A DNA stretch of 64,000 bases. Source: Candidatus Cloacimonadota bacterium. Lineage in GTDB: Bacteria > Cloacimonadota > Cloacimonadia > Cloacimonadales > TCS61. The notes under the pieces were generated by a model. The model did no database searches. It was not told the origin of the DNA and saw only the letters and a program-made list of their open reading frames with translations. Positions 1 through 9,382 of this stretch are shown here, one piece after another. Location of the stretch: the NCBI GenBank assembly GCA_021108315.1, contig JAIORE010000354.1, forward strand, positions 27,919 through 91,918, read 5' to 3'. The position numbers and the translations under genes are program-made. Numbering within the stretch: position 1 is the stretch's first letter; each line of letters starts with the position of its first letter.

Positions 1-1
1 A

Positions 2-877
2 AGACAAAAAGCTTTGGCTAGAGAACTTGAATGGATTAAAAGTACTCCTAAAGCCAGACACGCAAAAAACAGAGCAAGAATTACCAATTATGAAAAAATG
101 GTTTCACGAGAGTATGAAAAAGCAAATACAACCGACCAAATGTATATTCCTAATGGTCCCAAACTTGGAAAAAATGTTATTCAAGCAAATGGGATTTCCA
201 AAGGGTTTGATGAGAAATTGCTTTATGATGATTTGAATTTTATACTTCCTGCTGGTGGAATTGTAGGAATTATTGGTCCAAATGGAGCTGGAAAAACCAC
301 CCTTTTTAATATGATCGTAGATAAAATAAAGCCGGATTCCGGAACTATTACGCTTGGTGAATCGGTGAAACTTTCCTATGTAGATCAATCTAGATTTATG
401 GATAATGAAAAAACTATTTTGGAAGTGATTGGTGATGGCAGAGATATGATGATGGTTGGAGAAAAAGAAATTAATGTGCGACAATATCTTTCCCGTTTCA
501 ATTTTTCCAGTAAAGAGCATTCCAAGCCAATTCATCATTTGTCCGGTGGAGAGAAAAACAGAGCATATTTGGCACTAACCTTACAAACCGGAGGAAATGT
601 TTTACTACTTGATGAACCTACTAACGATCTTGATGTGAATACAATTCGGGCTTTGGAAGATGCTTTACAAGATTTTGCCGGTTGTGCGGTTGTGATTTCT
701 CACGATAGATATTTTTTAGATAGAATTTGTACTCATATTCTGGCTTTTGAAGGTGAAAGCACTGTAAGATGGTTTGAAGGTAATTTCTCTGAATACGAAG
801 AAGATAAATTGAGACGATTAGGAGAAAAAGCACTAATTCCTAAACGAATTACATATCGTAAACTTACTAGGATATAA
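2..877 (+). CDS. ettA: ABC-F ATPase EttA (energy-dependent translational throttle), C-terminal ~290 aa; the 5' end lies outside the window
   Basis: The frame is open from nt 2 to the window edge, so the TTG at 14 is an ORF-caller artefact. The second ABC cassette is visible: Walker A GPNGAGKTT, signature LSGGEKNR, Walker B LLLDEPTNDLD, and ISHDRYFLD. No TM segment. The stretches ELEWIK..., PDSGTITLGESVKL and FEGNFSEYEE...PKRITYRKL follow the EttA pattern as I recall it. Confidence 0.9.
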   Translation, partial: RQKALARELEWIKSTPKARHAKNRARITNYEKMVSREYEKANTTDQMYIPNGPKLGKNVIQANGISKGFDEKLLYDDLNFILPAGGIVGIIGPNGAGKTTLFNMIVDKIKPDSGTITLGESVKLSYVDQSRFMDNEKTILEVIGDGRDMMMVGEKEINVRQYLSRFNFSSKEHSKPIHHLSGGEKNRAYLALTLQTGGNVLLLDEPTNDLDVNTIRALEDALQDFAGCAVVISHDRYFLDRICTHILAFEGESTVRWFEGNFSEYEEDKLRRLGEKALIPKRITYRKLTRI

Positions 878-971
878 GGAGTTAGGAAATAGGGAAGAGG
901 AAGAAAAAAAAGTGCAAAATTTAGAATAAATGATTATAATCAATCTTCTAAGTAGCAATCAAATTAAAGAT

Positions 972-1131
972 TGTCTGAACTGTGATTTATCTGATTTTGG
1001 GATTATCTTGATTTTTTGTTTGAGTTTTTTGTGAATGTATTGAATTCAAAACTTTTTACTTTAAAGTTTATCAATAAACTTATTTCAAAATCATTGTCCA
1101 TAGGTTAATCACAAAAATCAAAGTTCAGACA
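972..1131. repeat. MITE-like element, CTGAAC/TGATT-iteron family, full copy (160 bp)
   Basis: Terminal inverted repeats TGTCTGAACTGTGATT (972-987) and AATCAAAGTTCAGACA (1116-1131) match at 15 of 16 positions. The left arm carries (T)GATT four times at ~9-10 bp spacing. The same termini occur at 17051-17233 and 25574-25687, with a half copy at 13944-14041. Confidence 0.6.
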
Positions 1132-1386
1132 TTTTGCTTATTTTTTTAGTCTGTGCTAGTCCGTGGCAAATTTTTTGCATTTCTTTTTTCTCTGTGCTTT
1201 CTGTGTTCTCTGTGGTAAATTATCTTTTCCTGTTTCAGTGAAGCTGATTTATGAAACTTGACATCATTATTTGGTAAAAAAAAATTAAAATACAGGAATT
1301 TATATGATATTTAGATACAAAAAGATACTTTTGAATTACGATCTAATCTTAAATATTCATTTTTCAATATAAAATAGTAAATAAAA

Positions 1387-3297
1387 ATGATGAACAAAAA
1401 TCTCCTCTCCTTCGAGAAAATATCGAAATCATTTGCTGATAAAGTAATTTGCAATGAGCAATCTTTTGGTATACACGAAAGTGATAAAATTGGGTTGATC
1501 GGGATAAATGGTAGCGGTAAAACAACAATCCTAAAAATGATAACAGGTTTAGAACCTGTAGATGATGGAAATATCATTCAAAGAAACAAAATTAAAATCA
1601 GCTATCTTCCACAAATTCCAGAACTAAATCCGGATTTTACAATTTATGAACAATTATATTTTAGTGAAAATCCACATTTCAAACTTCTGAGAAAATACTA
1701 TCAATTAATGAAGTTGAATGAACAATCAGCTGAACCTGAAAAACATACTGAACTGGATAAAATCGCCAAGGAATTGGATGCTTGCAATGGTTGGGATATT
1801 GAAGTAAAAGCAAAAAGTTACCTCACAAAATTGGGATTGAAAGATTGGGATAGAAAAATTGCTCAACTTTCCGGTGGTGAAAAGCGAAAATTGGATATGG
1901 CTCGAATTCTTATGGAAGAAGCTGATATCATAATTTTAGATGAACCAACAAATCATCTTGATATAGATTCCATCGAGTGGTTGCAAAACTTTTTGGTAAG
2001 CTACAAAGGTGTAATAATTTTTGTAACTCACGATAGATATTTTCTGGATTCTATCTGTAACAAAATTATGGAGATAGAAAACGGTGAAATTCGATTTTAT
2101 GTGGGGAATTATTCACATTATCTTCGTAAGAAAGAACAGGAAGATATAGATATTCAGAGGAAAGAAACCAGAAGAAAATCTCAGTTAAAAAAAGAGCTAA
2201 AATGGTTAGAAAGAGGAGCTCGAGCACGTACTTCCAAACCGAAAAATCACCTTGATAGAGTAAAAGAGCTAATCTCAAAATCATATTTAACCAATAATGC
2301 AGAACTTGATATTTCTTTTCAAACAAAGCGATTAGGCAAAACAATTTTGGAATTGACCAATGTTTCCAAATCATTTGAAGATAAACACCTAATCAATAAT
2401 TTTCAACATATTTTTCAGAAAAGAGAGCGAATTGGAATAATTGGACCAAATGGTTGTGGAAAAACAACACTTTTGAAAATGATTACCGGAGAATTAGAAA
2501 GTGATTCGGGAAAAGTGAAAAAAGGAATAAATACGGTTTTTTCCTATTTTGCTCAAGATCAGGAGGATTTTGATAAAAATATTTCGGTGATAAATTATAT
2601 TCGGCAATTTGCTGAAAACATCAGAACAGAAGATGGTATTCTCCATTCTGCGAGTGAGATGCTCAAGCGTTTTTTATTTGATGGGAAGTTGCAACAATCA
2701 AAAGTTTATAGCCTTTCCGGTGGAGAAAAAAAACGGCTCTATCTATTAAGTTCGCTGATGTTTGGAAATAATTTTATTATCTTAGATGAACCGACTAATG
2801 ATCTTGATATTCGCACTTTAGAAATTTTGGAAGATTATCTTGATGCATATCGAGGTTGTTTACTTGTTGTTTCTCACGATAGATATTTCCTGGATCGAGT
2901 TGTGGATTATTTGTTTGTTTTTGAAGAAAAAGGGATTAGAAAGTTTCCCGGAAATTATTCAGATTATCTTCTTGTAAGACGATTTCAGCAAGAAGAGGAA
3001 AAATTATTAAAAAAACAACAAGTAAAAAAAACTTCTACCAAAAAAATTGTAAAAAGTTCAAAACTAACTTTTAAACAGAAAAGAGAATTGGAAAAACTTG
3101 AACAAGATATAGAAAATTTTGAAAATGAAAAAAAGATTTTAGAAAATAGAATTGAAACGGAAGCTTCTCAACTTTCTTTTGAAGATTTTAGGATTATCAA
3201 TGAGGAACTTCAAAACCTAATTGAGAAAACAGAAAAAATTGAAGAGCGTTGGTTGGAATTGAAAGAGATTGAGGAAAAGATAGTGAATAGTGAATAA
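1387..3297 (+). CDS. ABC-F family ATPase with C-terminal coiled coil (Uup-like architecture)
   Basis: Two complete ABC cassettes: GINGSGKTT / LSGGEKRK / IILDEPTNHLD and GPNGCGKTT / LSGGEKKR / IILDEPTNDLD. Each is followed by HDRYFLD. There is a Lys/Glu-rich coiled-coil tail, no TM segment, 636 aa. Confidence 0.85.
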   Translation: MMNKNLLSFEKISKSFADKVICNEQSFGIHESDKIGLIGINGSGKTTILKMITGLEPVDDGNIIQRNKIKISYLPQIPELNPDFTIYEQLYFSENPHFKLLRKYYQLMKLNEQSAEPEKHTELDKIAKELDACNGWDIEVKAKSYLTKLGLKDWDRKIAQLSGGEKRKLDMARILMEEADIIILDEPTNHLDIDSIEWLQNFLVSYKGVIIFVTHDRYFLDSICNKIMEIENGEIRFYVGNYSHYLRKKEQEDIDIQRKETRRKSQLKKELKWLERGARARTSKPKNHLDRVKELISKSYLTNNAELDISFQTKRLGKTILELTNVSKSFEDKHLINNFQHIFQKRERIGIIGPNGCGKTTLLKMITGELESDSGKVKKGINTVFSYFAQDQEDFDKNISVINYIRQFAENIRTEDGILHSASEMLKRFLFDGKLQQSKVYSLSGGEKKRLYLLSSLMFGNNFIILDEPTNDLDIRTLEILEDYLDAYRGCLLVVSHDRYFLDRVVDYLFVFEEKGIRKFPGNYSDYLLVRRFQQEEEKLLKKQQVKKTSTKKIVKSSKLTFKQKRELEKLEQDIENFENEKKILENRIETEASQLSFEDFRIINEELQNLIEKTEKIEERWLELKEIEEKIVNSE

Positions 3298-3330
3298 TGA
3301 ATAATGAATAGGGAGTAAACCGGCTTTGCA

Positions 3331-3410
3331 AAATCTCGAGTCGAGTTTTGATACGACTCAATAGAATTAATATGCTTCCTAACTATCCATCAAAACCCGA
3401 CTCGGGATTT
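3331..3410. repeat. MITE-like element with CGAGTCG-core inverted termini (80 bp)
   Basis: The left end AAATCTCGAGTCGAGTTTTG (3331-3350) and right end CAAAACCCGACTCGGGATTT (3391-3410) are near-perfect inverted repeats. A second copy with the same ends lies at 43871-43979. Confidence 0.6.
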
Positions 3411-3434
3411 TTGGTCAGGTTCCAAAATAAAAAA

Positions 3435-3493
3435 AACCTTCCGAATCTTCTCACATTAGAAAATGTAAAAGAAAGTTTCGGAAGGTTGTTTTT
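3435..3493. terminator. Bidirectional hairpin terminator between convergent genes
   Basis: An 11-bp stem AACCTTCCGAA (3435-3445) pairs with TTCGGAAGGTT (3477-3487). It is flanked by an A-run upstream and GTTTTT downstream. It sits between the stops at 3297 (+) and 3513 (-). The loop is long (31 nt), hence moderate confidence. Confidence 0.5.
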
Positions 3494-3512
3494 AACTATT
3501 TAATGTATGAAA

Positions 3513-5954
3513 TTACTTCATCAGGATCATTTTCTTAGTAGTAGAATATCTTCCCGATTTCATTTTGTAAAAATAAATTCCGCTGGCAACAGTTTTACCA
3601 TTTGCGTCTGTTCCATTCCAATTATATGAATGAGAACCGGATTCCAATTCATCATTTATCAGCGTAACAACTTTCTTACCTTTTATATTGAAGACACTTA
3701 ATTCAACTTTGGATGCTTCAAAAGTATTAAAGCTGATGGTTGTAACCGGATTGAAAGGATTTGGATAATTTTTCAGAGCTATATTATTTGTTGGAATTAT
3801 GCCATTTTCTTCTGTAGAACTGGTTGGAATTGGATCAATATTCATATTAACTGTTCCATTTTGATTGATCAGCATTTCTTCTGTTGCAGTTTCATAAAAA
3901 ACTTTTGTAGCTTTTACTGTATAAGAACCACCAGAGATACCAAGAGCTTCAAAATATCCATCATTATTTGTCATTGCATAGCTTTCAATATTTTCAGTAG
4001 TATCGGTAATTAGAACTGTTGAATTTATAACCGGATCACCATTTGAATCACTGATAATTCCATTTAATGTGATAAGACCGTCTCGTTCTAAAGTACTTAG
4101 ATTAAAATCTATTCCAGTTATTGATCCTTCTGCAACTACAGTTGTAGCTTCTTCAAAATCATATACATTATCAAAGAACATTGGAATTGTGAAGAAAGAA
4201 TAAGCTTGAACATAATATTCAAATGGAGGTAAGTTTTCTATTGTATAATTCCCATTTTCGTCTGTGATAGCCATTCCACTGTACCAGAAATCTTCTGAAT
4301 AGGCACACACAAAAACTTCTTCTTCGGGAATTTCACCATCAATCAAAATAGTACCTGAGATAGTATTTTCATAAGTTTCATAAGGGATAAGATCAAAGTT
4401 TACATTTTCCAAATCTCCGGTAACTACAATCACATCTGCTTCACTGAAATCATTTTTATGATCAAACCATTGTGGCATATAATCATTTGCCCAGCATTCT
4501 ATCCAATATTCACCTTCAATCACAGAAAGTGTAAATTCACCGTTTTCATCTGTAATTCCAAATGGCTCAGTATTCCAATCTCTGGGATTTCCATCAAATC
4601 CGCCCATAGCCCATATTTCTGCATCAGCAACGGGATTACCGGTTTCATCAAGAACAGTTCCTGATATTGAATAAATCTCCGGTTCAATCAAAGTAAAGTT
4701 TGCTTCAAAATTACTGTCTTCCAAAACATTGAAAACAACAGCATCTTCAATATTATAAGTGTTTTCATAAAAAATCGGTAGCATCCCCCAATATTGTGAA
4801 CAGCTTACGATATGCTCACCTTGGGAAATATTTTCAATAAGATATTCTCCATTTTGATCTGTGATTCCAAGACTGTCAATTGCTCCCATCCAATATCCAT
4901 CATTTTCTTGTAATAAAAAAATCAAAGCATTTGGCACTGGTTCACCTTCTTCAGTTGTTACAGTTCCATAGAAAGAATTTTCATTAACAGGAATAATATT
5001 CAAATCGAAATCAATACTTATCGAATCGGCTACTATTGAAACTAATTCTGCATCTTCCCAATTATCTTGATGATCAAACCATTGTGGATGATAATCTTCT
5101 GCATAAGCCTCAAAATAATAATCTCCGGCAATTATATCCAAAGAATATTCACCATTTTCATCAGTGCTACCGAACTCTTCTCTTGGAGAATTTTCATCTC
5201 TTCCCCAATTTCCCCAATTTCTCATTGCCCAGACTTCTGCATTTTCTATTGGTTCACCTGTTTCCGCATCAAGCACGATACCAGTTACTACAATTGTTTC
5301 AGTTTCGTTTTCACCAAGAATGATCTCTAATCCCTCAATGATAGTTCCCTCTTCAATCACCAAAATGGTTGAATCTTCAGGACTGGTTGCATTTTCATAA
5401 TAATAAGCCGGATAGCCAAATGCCCAAACGCTAAGATAATAATCTCCTTGAGGAATTCCCTCAACCAAGAAGTTGCCATTTCCATCTGTAATTCCTGTAT
5501 AATAGAATTGTCCGTTAATTGACATCAAGTCAATATATGCATCAACAATCGGCTCACCATTTTCATTGGAAATATTTCCTGAAATGATTCCGTCACCTTC
5601 ATAAGAAATGTTTTCTAATACGAAATCAATTCCGGTAATATTCGGATTTTCTGCGCTAACTTCGATAATAGTTGCTTCGGCAGGCTCAACTACATTGTCA
5701 TAATACATTGTAAACATCGAATCTGTTGCCGCTACAATGTAATTGCCATATTCGACATCAATTGAATAGTTTCCATCTTCACCAGTATTTCCAAAATACC
5801 GAACTACACCCATAGGACTCGCATCCATAATCAAAATGAGTACGTTTGACATTGACTCACCTTCTACATTTGAACAATTTCCCGATATTGAAACGGCATT
5901 AAGAAATCCGACACTCAACATCACCATTAGGACTGCTAACATAAACTTTTTCAT
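3513..5954 (-). CDS. Secreted protein with carboxypeptidase-regulatory-like (CarboxypepD_reg-type) repeats and a T9SS C-terminal sorting domain
   Basis: The ATG at 5954 follows GGAGGA; the TTG at 5966 lies inside that RBS. Signal peptide MKKFMLAVLMVMLSVGFLNA. There are repeated G.V.D..G.P...A.V.A / TDENGEY...G.Y units. The C-terminus YPNPFNPVTTISFN...GIYFYKMKSGRYSTTKKMILMK is typical of T9SS CTDs. Confidence 0.85.
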   Translation of the reverse strand: MKKFMLAVLMVMLSVGFLNAVSISGNCSNVEGESMSNVLILIMDASPMGVVRYFGNTGEDGNYSIDVEYGNYIVAATDSMFTMYYDNVVEPAEATIIEVSAENPNITGIDFVLENISYEGDGIISGNISNENGEPIVDAYIDLMSINGQFYYTGITDGNGNFLVEGIPQGDYYLSVWAFGYPAYYYENATSPEDSTILVIEEGTIIEGLEIILGENETETIVVTGIVLDAETGEPIENAEVWAMRNWGNWGRDENSPREEFGSTDENGEYSLDIIAGDYYFEAYAEDYHPQWFDHQDNWEDAELVSIVADSISIDFDLNIIPVNENSFYGTVTTEEGEPVPNALIFLLQENDGYWMGAIDSLGITDQNGEYLIENISQGEHIVSCSQYWGMLPIFYENTYNIEDAVVFNVLEDSNFEANFTLIEPEIYSISGTVLDETGNPVADAEIWAMGGFDGNPRDWNTEPFGITDENGEFTLSVIEGEYWIECWANDYMPQWFDHKNDFSEADVIVVTGDLENVNFDLIPYETYENTISGTILIDGEIPEEEVFVCAYSEDFWYSGMAITDENGNYTIENLPPFEYYVQAYSFFTIPMFFDNVYDFEEATTVVAEGSITGIDFNLSTLERDGLITLNGIISDSNGDPVINSTVLITDTTENIESYAMTNNDGYFEALGISGGSYTVKATKVFYETATEEMLINQNGTVNMNIDPIPTSSTEENGIIPTNNIALKNYPNPFNPVTTISFNTFEASKVELSVFNIKGKKVVTLINDELESGSHSYNWNGTDANGKTVASGIYFYKMKSGRYSTTKKMILMK

Positions 5955-6006
5955 CTTATCCTCCAAAATTTTTTTTGCTCAATTATTAAGAGCTTACCAC
6001 TAATTA

Positions 6007-6022
6007 AGCAATTGAAATACCA
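6007..6022 (-). promoter_or_regulatory. Candidate sigma-54 (-24/-12) promoter upstream of the 813-aa T9SS cargo gene
   Basis: The minus strand reads TGGTAT-TTCAA-TTGCT-TA. GG and GC are at canonical spacing, and the TTGCTTA -12 block is the same as in the two stronger promoters at 25341-25356 and 37528-37543. It lies ~55 nt upstream of the ATG at 5954. The -24 element is weaker (TGGTAT). Confidence 0.4.
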
Positions 6023-6652
6023 AAGGGGAATAGTTGTGATATTTTTTTATTAATTCTATAGTTTACATTCTTAACTCTATATTTTCATAAGTGTTATGTG
6101 ATATATTTTTTCCTGATGTTTATTATTGTATTTGAAATTAAAGCTTTTATTTGAAATTCGATTGTAACATTTAATGGACAATAGTATTTAATAAATTGAA
6201 TAGCATTATTCTTTATGAATGTATATTATTTATTATTAATGTTTTAGGTTGTATGTAAAATTTATTGTTCAATTGTTTCTTATTAGTTGCACTGTAATTT
6301 TTTGAAGAGATTTTAAATAATGTCGCTACTCTGTAGCTTAATCTTGTTTTTATTACACCGAACGCTTACACATTCGGCTACAGAGATACCGTTTCTACGA
6401 AACTAATAATTTAAACCGCAGAGCACTGACTTAACGAGAGACAAAATCGAAGCAGGGCTTCTAAGAGTTATTCTGTTCCCAAGCTGGAGCTTGGGAACAA
6501 GATAAGAAGCTAAAAAATACAACCGTAGAGTGGTGAAATTTGCAATCTGTGAAATCAGTGTAATCTATCTAATCTGTAGTTCAGGCAGAATTTAACGCAG
6601 AGCATTGGAACGAGATGAAAGCATACTTTGGGAAAGAAAATTAGTAATAAGA

Positions 6653-6687
6653 ATAAAAAAATCCCTCACTAATAATAATGAGGGATT
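6653..6687 (-). terminator. Rho-independent terminator of the 703-aa T9SS cargo gene
   Basis: A 9-bp stem AATCCCTCA (6660-6668) pairs with TGAGGGATT (6679-6687). On the minus-strand RNA the hairpin is followed by a U-run (plus-strand A-run 6655-6660). It lies 21 nt after the stop at 6708. Confidence 0.7.
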
Positions 6688-6707
6688 AAAAATAGCCAAA
6701 AAATAAT

Positions 6708-8819
6708 CTATCGAAGTAAAATCATTTTTTTGGTAATAACTTTTGAAGATGTTTTCAGTTTATAAAAATAAATTCCAGATGAAACAGAATTATTTTTTTC
6801 ATCAGTTCCATCCCAAACAATAGAATTAATTTTAAATTTTAAATTTTGAATTTTAAATTCGCGAATGAGCTGTCCTTTAATGTTAAATATCTCTATTTGT
6901 ATTTCCTCATCCAAATTTGTAGTTTCAAAAAAAATAGTAGTTTCGGGATTAAATGGATTGGGATAGTTGTACAATGTAAGCTTATTAGATTCAAGAGAAG
7001 TTAATTCCTCACTCAATGACGAGCTATTGTATGTATTTATATGAAAATCCAGTGAATCGTTCTGGTTTATTGTGAGATATTCCGAATCGCTGTAATGAAA
7101 TATTTTTGACGCTAACACAAAATAATTTCCGGGTGTAATATTTATGGAATTGAAATATCCGTCATTGTTTGTCATTGCATAGCTTTCCGGTTCATTTGCG
7201 GCATTAAGGATAACGATTGAACTATTTCGAAGTGGTTCATTATCTTCATTATAAACATAGCCATTAAAAGTAATATATCCATTTAGATCAGCAAGTTGTA
7301 AAGCAAAATCAATGTTTTGGACATTTTGATTAACATTTACTAGAGTTGCATTTTCAAAATTGTAAACATCATCATAATAAGTTAAAGGTGAAGAATTCAT
7401 ATAAGCATACACATAATAATCACCCTCTTCTTGAACGCCAATTTCATAATCTCCGTTTGAGAAAACCTCTACTTCATTTTCCCAATCTTCATCACTGGAA
7501 ACTACTATAACAGTGCATTGTGACGGTGTTTCGCCATCAATTGTAACATTGCCGGAAATATAAAATTCAAACTGTGAATCAATGGGTGTTAGATCAAAGT
7601 TTACGTTTTCCAGATTTGAAGAAATATATATTACATCAGCTTCATCAAATACGTTTTTATGGTCAAACCATTGGCAATAATATTCGTTTGCATAACATTG
7701 TATCGAATATTCATCTTCATTCATTGATAATGAATATTCTCCATTAATATCGGTTGTAGCAATCCATAAACTATCATTTTGTCCGCCCCAAAAACTTCTA
7801 ACCCAAACCAGTGCATTTTCGATAGGTTCACCCGTTTCATCATCAAGAACTGTTCCGGAAATTGAGGAAGTATCAAGTTCATTTAGAATAAAATTTGCTT
7901 CAAAATTGCTGTCTTCCAACACATTGAAAACAACTGCCTCCTCAATATTATAAGTATTTTCATAAAAAAACGGTTGCATTCCCCAGTATGATGAGCAACT
8001 TACAATGCAATCACCAAGTCTTACGTTTTCGATTATATATTCTCCATTTTCATCTGTTATTGCTCCAAAATTATATGGTTGCATCCAATATCCATCCCAT
8101 TTTTCCCAGATATCAATGGAAATATCTGGAATAGGATTACCATTTTCATTTGTAATTGTGCCAAAAAAAGAATTGTCTAAAAAAGCAATATCCAAATCAA
8201 AATTGATATTTTCTGTATCTGTATTGATTGTAACGACTTCTGCTTCTTCCCAACTATTTTGATGATCAAACCATTGTAACTCATAATTTTCTGCAAATGT
8301 TTCAAAATAATAATCACCTTCAAAAACTTCTAAAGAATATTCACCATTTTCATCAGTGAAACCTTGATCTCTTCTTTGCTGTTCATTTACTATTGGCCAG
8401 CCGGTTAATGCCCAAACTTCTGCATTTTCGATAGGTTGACCGGAACTGGCATCAAGAACGATTCCGGTAACTTCAAATATTTCCCTTTCAATCAGAACAA
8501 TCTCTAATCCTTCAATAGCTGTATCTTCTTCGAAAACTAAAATTGTTGCATCTATCGGATTAGAAGTATTCTCATAATAAGTTGGATAACCGAATGCAGA
8601 GATAATTAAATAATATTCTCCTGAGAAAATATCCTCAATTAAGAAATCACCGCTTTCATCTGTTTGCTCGGAATAGCTAAAACCATCATTAGTAGACACC
8701 AAATTAATATTAGCTATAAATATCGGTTCTCCGTTTTCAGCGGAAACATTTCCGGAAATCGAAGCTGAATGTAAAACATAGGCTGATAATAAAATAATTA
8801 TGATTATTAGGTTTTTCAT
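6708..8819 (-). CDS. Secreted CarboxypepD_reg-like repeat protein with T9SS C-terminal sorting domain (paralog of 3513-5954)
   Basis: The ATG at 8819 follows GGAGGA; the TTG at 8831 lies inside the RBS. Signal peptide MKNLIIIIILLSAYVLHSA. The repeat units are the same as in its neighbour. The C-terminus is YPNPFNPETTIFFE...GIYFYKLKTSSKVITKKMILLR. Confidence 0.85.
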   Translation of the reverse strand: MKNLIIIIILLSAYVLHSASISGNVSAENGEPIFIANINLVSTNDGFSYSEQTDESGDFLIEDIFSGEYYLIISAFGYPTYYENTSNPIDATILVFEEDTAIEGLEIVLIEREIFEVTGIVLDASSGQPIENAEVWALTGWPIVNEQQRRDQGFTDENGEYSLEVFEGDYYFETFAENYELQWFDHQNSWEEAEVVTINTDTENINFDLDIAFLDNSFFGTITNENGNPIPDISIDIWEKWDGYWMQPYNFGAITDENGEYIIENVRLGDCIVSCSSYWGMQPFFYENTYNIEEAVVFNVLEDSNFEANFILNELDTSSISGTVLDDETGEPIENALVWVRSFWGGQNDSLWIATTDINGEYSLSMNEDEYSIQCYANEYYCQWFDHKNVFDEADVIYISSNLENVNFDLTPIDSQFEFYISGNVTIDGETPSQCTVIVVSSDEDWENEVEVFSNGDYEIGVQEEGDYYVYAYMNSSPLTYYDDVYNFENATLVNVNQNVQNIDFALQLADLNGYITFNGYVYNEDNEPLRNSSIVILNAANEPESYAMTNNDGYFNSINITPGNYFVLASKIFHYSDSEYLTINQNDSLDFHINTYNSSSLSEELTSLESNKLTLYNYPNPFNPETTIFFETTNLDEEIQIEIFNIKGQLIREFKIQNLKFKINSIVWDGTDEKNNSVSSGIYFYKLKTSSKVITKKMILLR

Positions 8820-9382
8820 AAAATCCTCCAAATATCAGAATATAATTAATGAGTTTTGCAAAATAAAGTGTTGTGTCATCCTGAGCATTTCATTTTGCAT
8901 TTCTCTTGAAGGAACTCTGATTATATTGAGATTCTTCAGGAGAATATCTCTGTTGGATTCCTCAGAAAGACACTTTATTTTTATTTTGTTGAATCCTTTT
9001 GCTCTTGTTCCCAAGTTCCTGCTTCATTTTAGTTTCGCTAAGCAGGGGCTTAGCCTATTATTTCGTTACCAAACTGGGGTCGAGCTTCGCAGGTCTCCTT
9101 TTGGTCGGCTGGGAACGAGAATCAGAAATTTAAAAACTCGATAGAACTCATTCTTCTAATTATTAAAGCAAACTTCATTCCATCAAAAAAAGTTTAATAA
9201 TTTAATTTTATCTTTAAGTATAATCATAATTTATGAATTTTACTCAGGAAATTTTTTCAAATTATAGTGTTCCTTAATTGTTTCATATATTTTTTAAAAC
9301 GATATAAATAATATTCTAAGATGACTTCTCACCAATAATATCAGGCATATTATGTGGTGTACACTTGTTGTTACAATTGTTT

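Noticed and set aside
104-538. 144-aa ORF antisense to ettA, plus the similar short ORFs at 27-236, 621-833, 1311-1577 and 2066-2374
   Set aside because: They lie entirely within or against well-supported ABC-F genes. Their sequences are low-complexity and AT-codon-driven (Ile/Phe/Lys/Asn-rich), with no RBS. These are shadow ORFs.
8800-9144. 114-aa ORF in the spacer between the 703-aa gene and the EBP gene
   Set aside because: It overlaps the true 5' end of the 703-aa gene on the other strand. It runs through a hairpin-rich spacer (GTTCCCA...TGGGAAC and CCTGCTT...AAGCAGG stems). It has no RBS and its composition is not protein-like.
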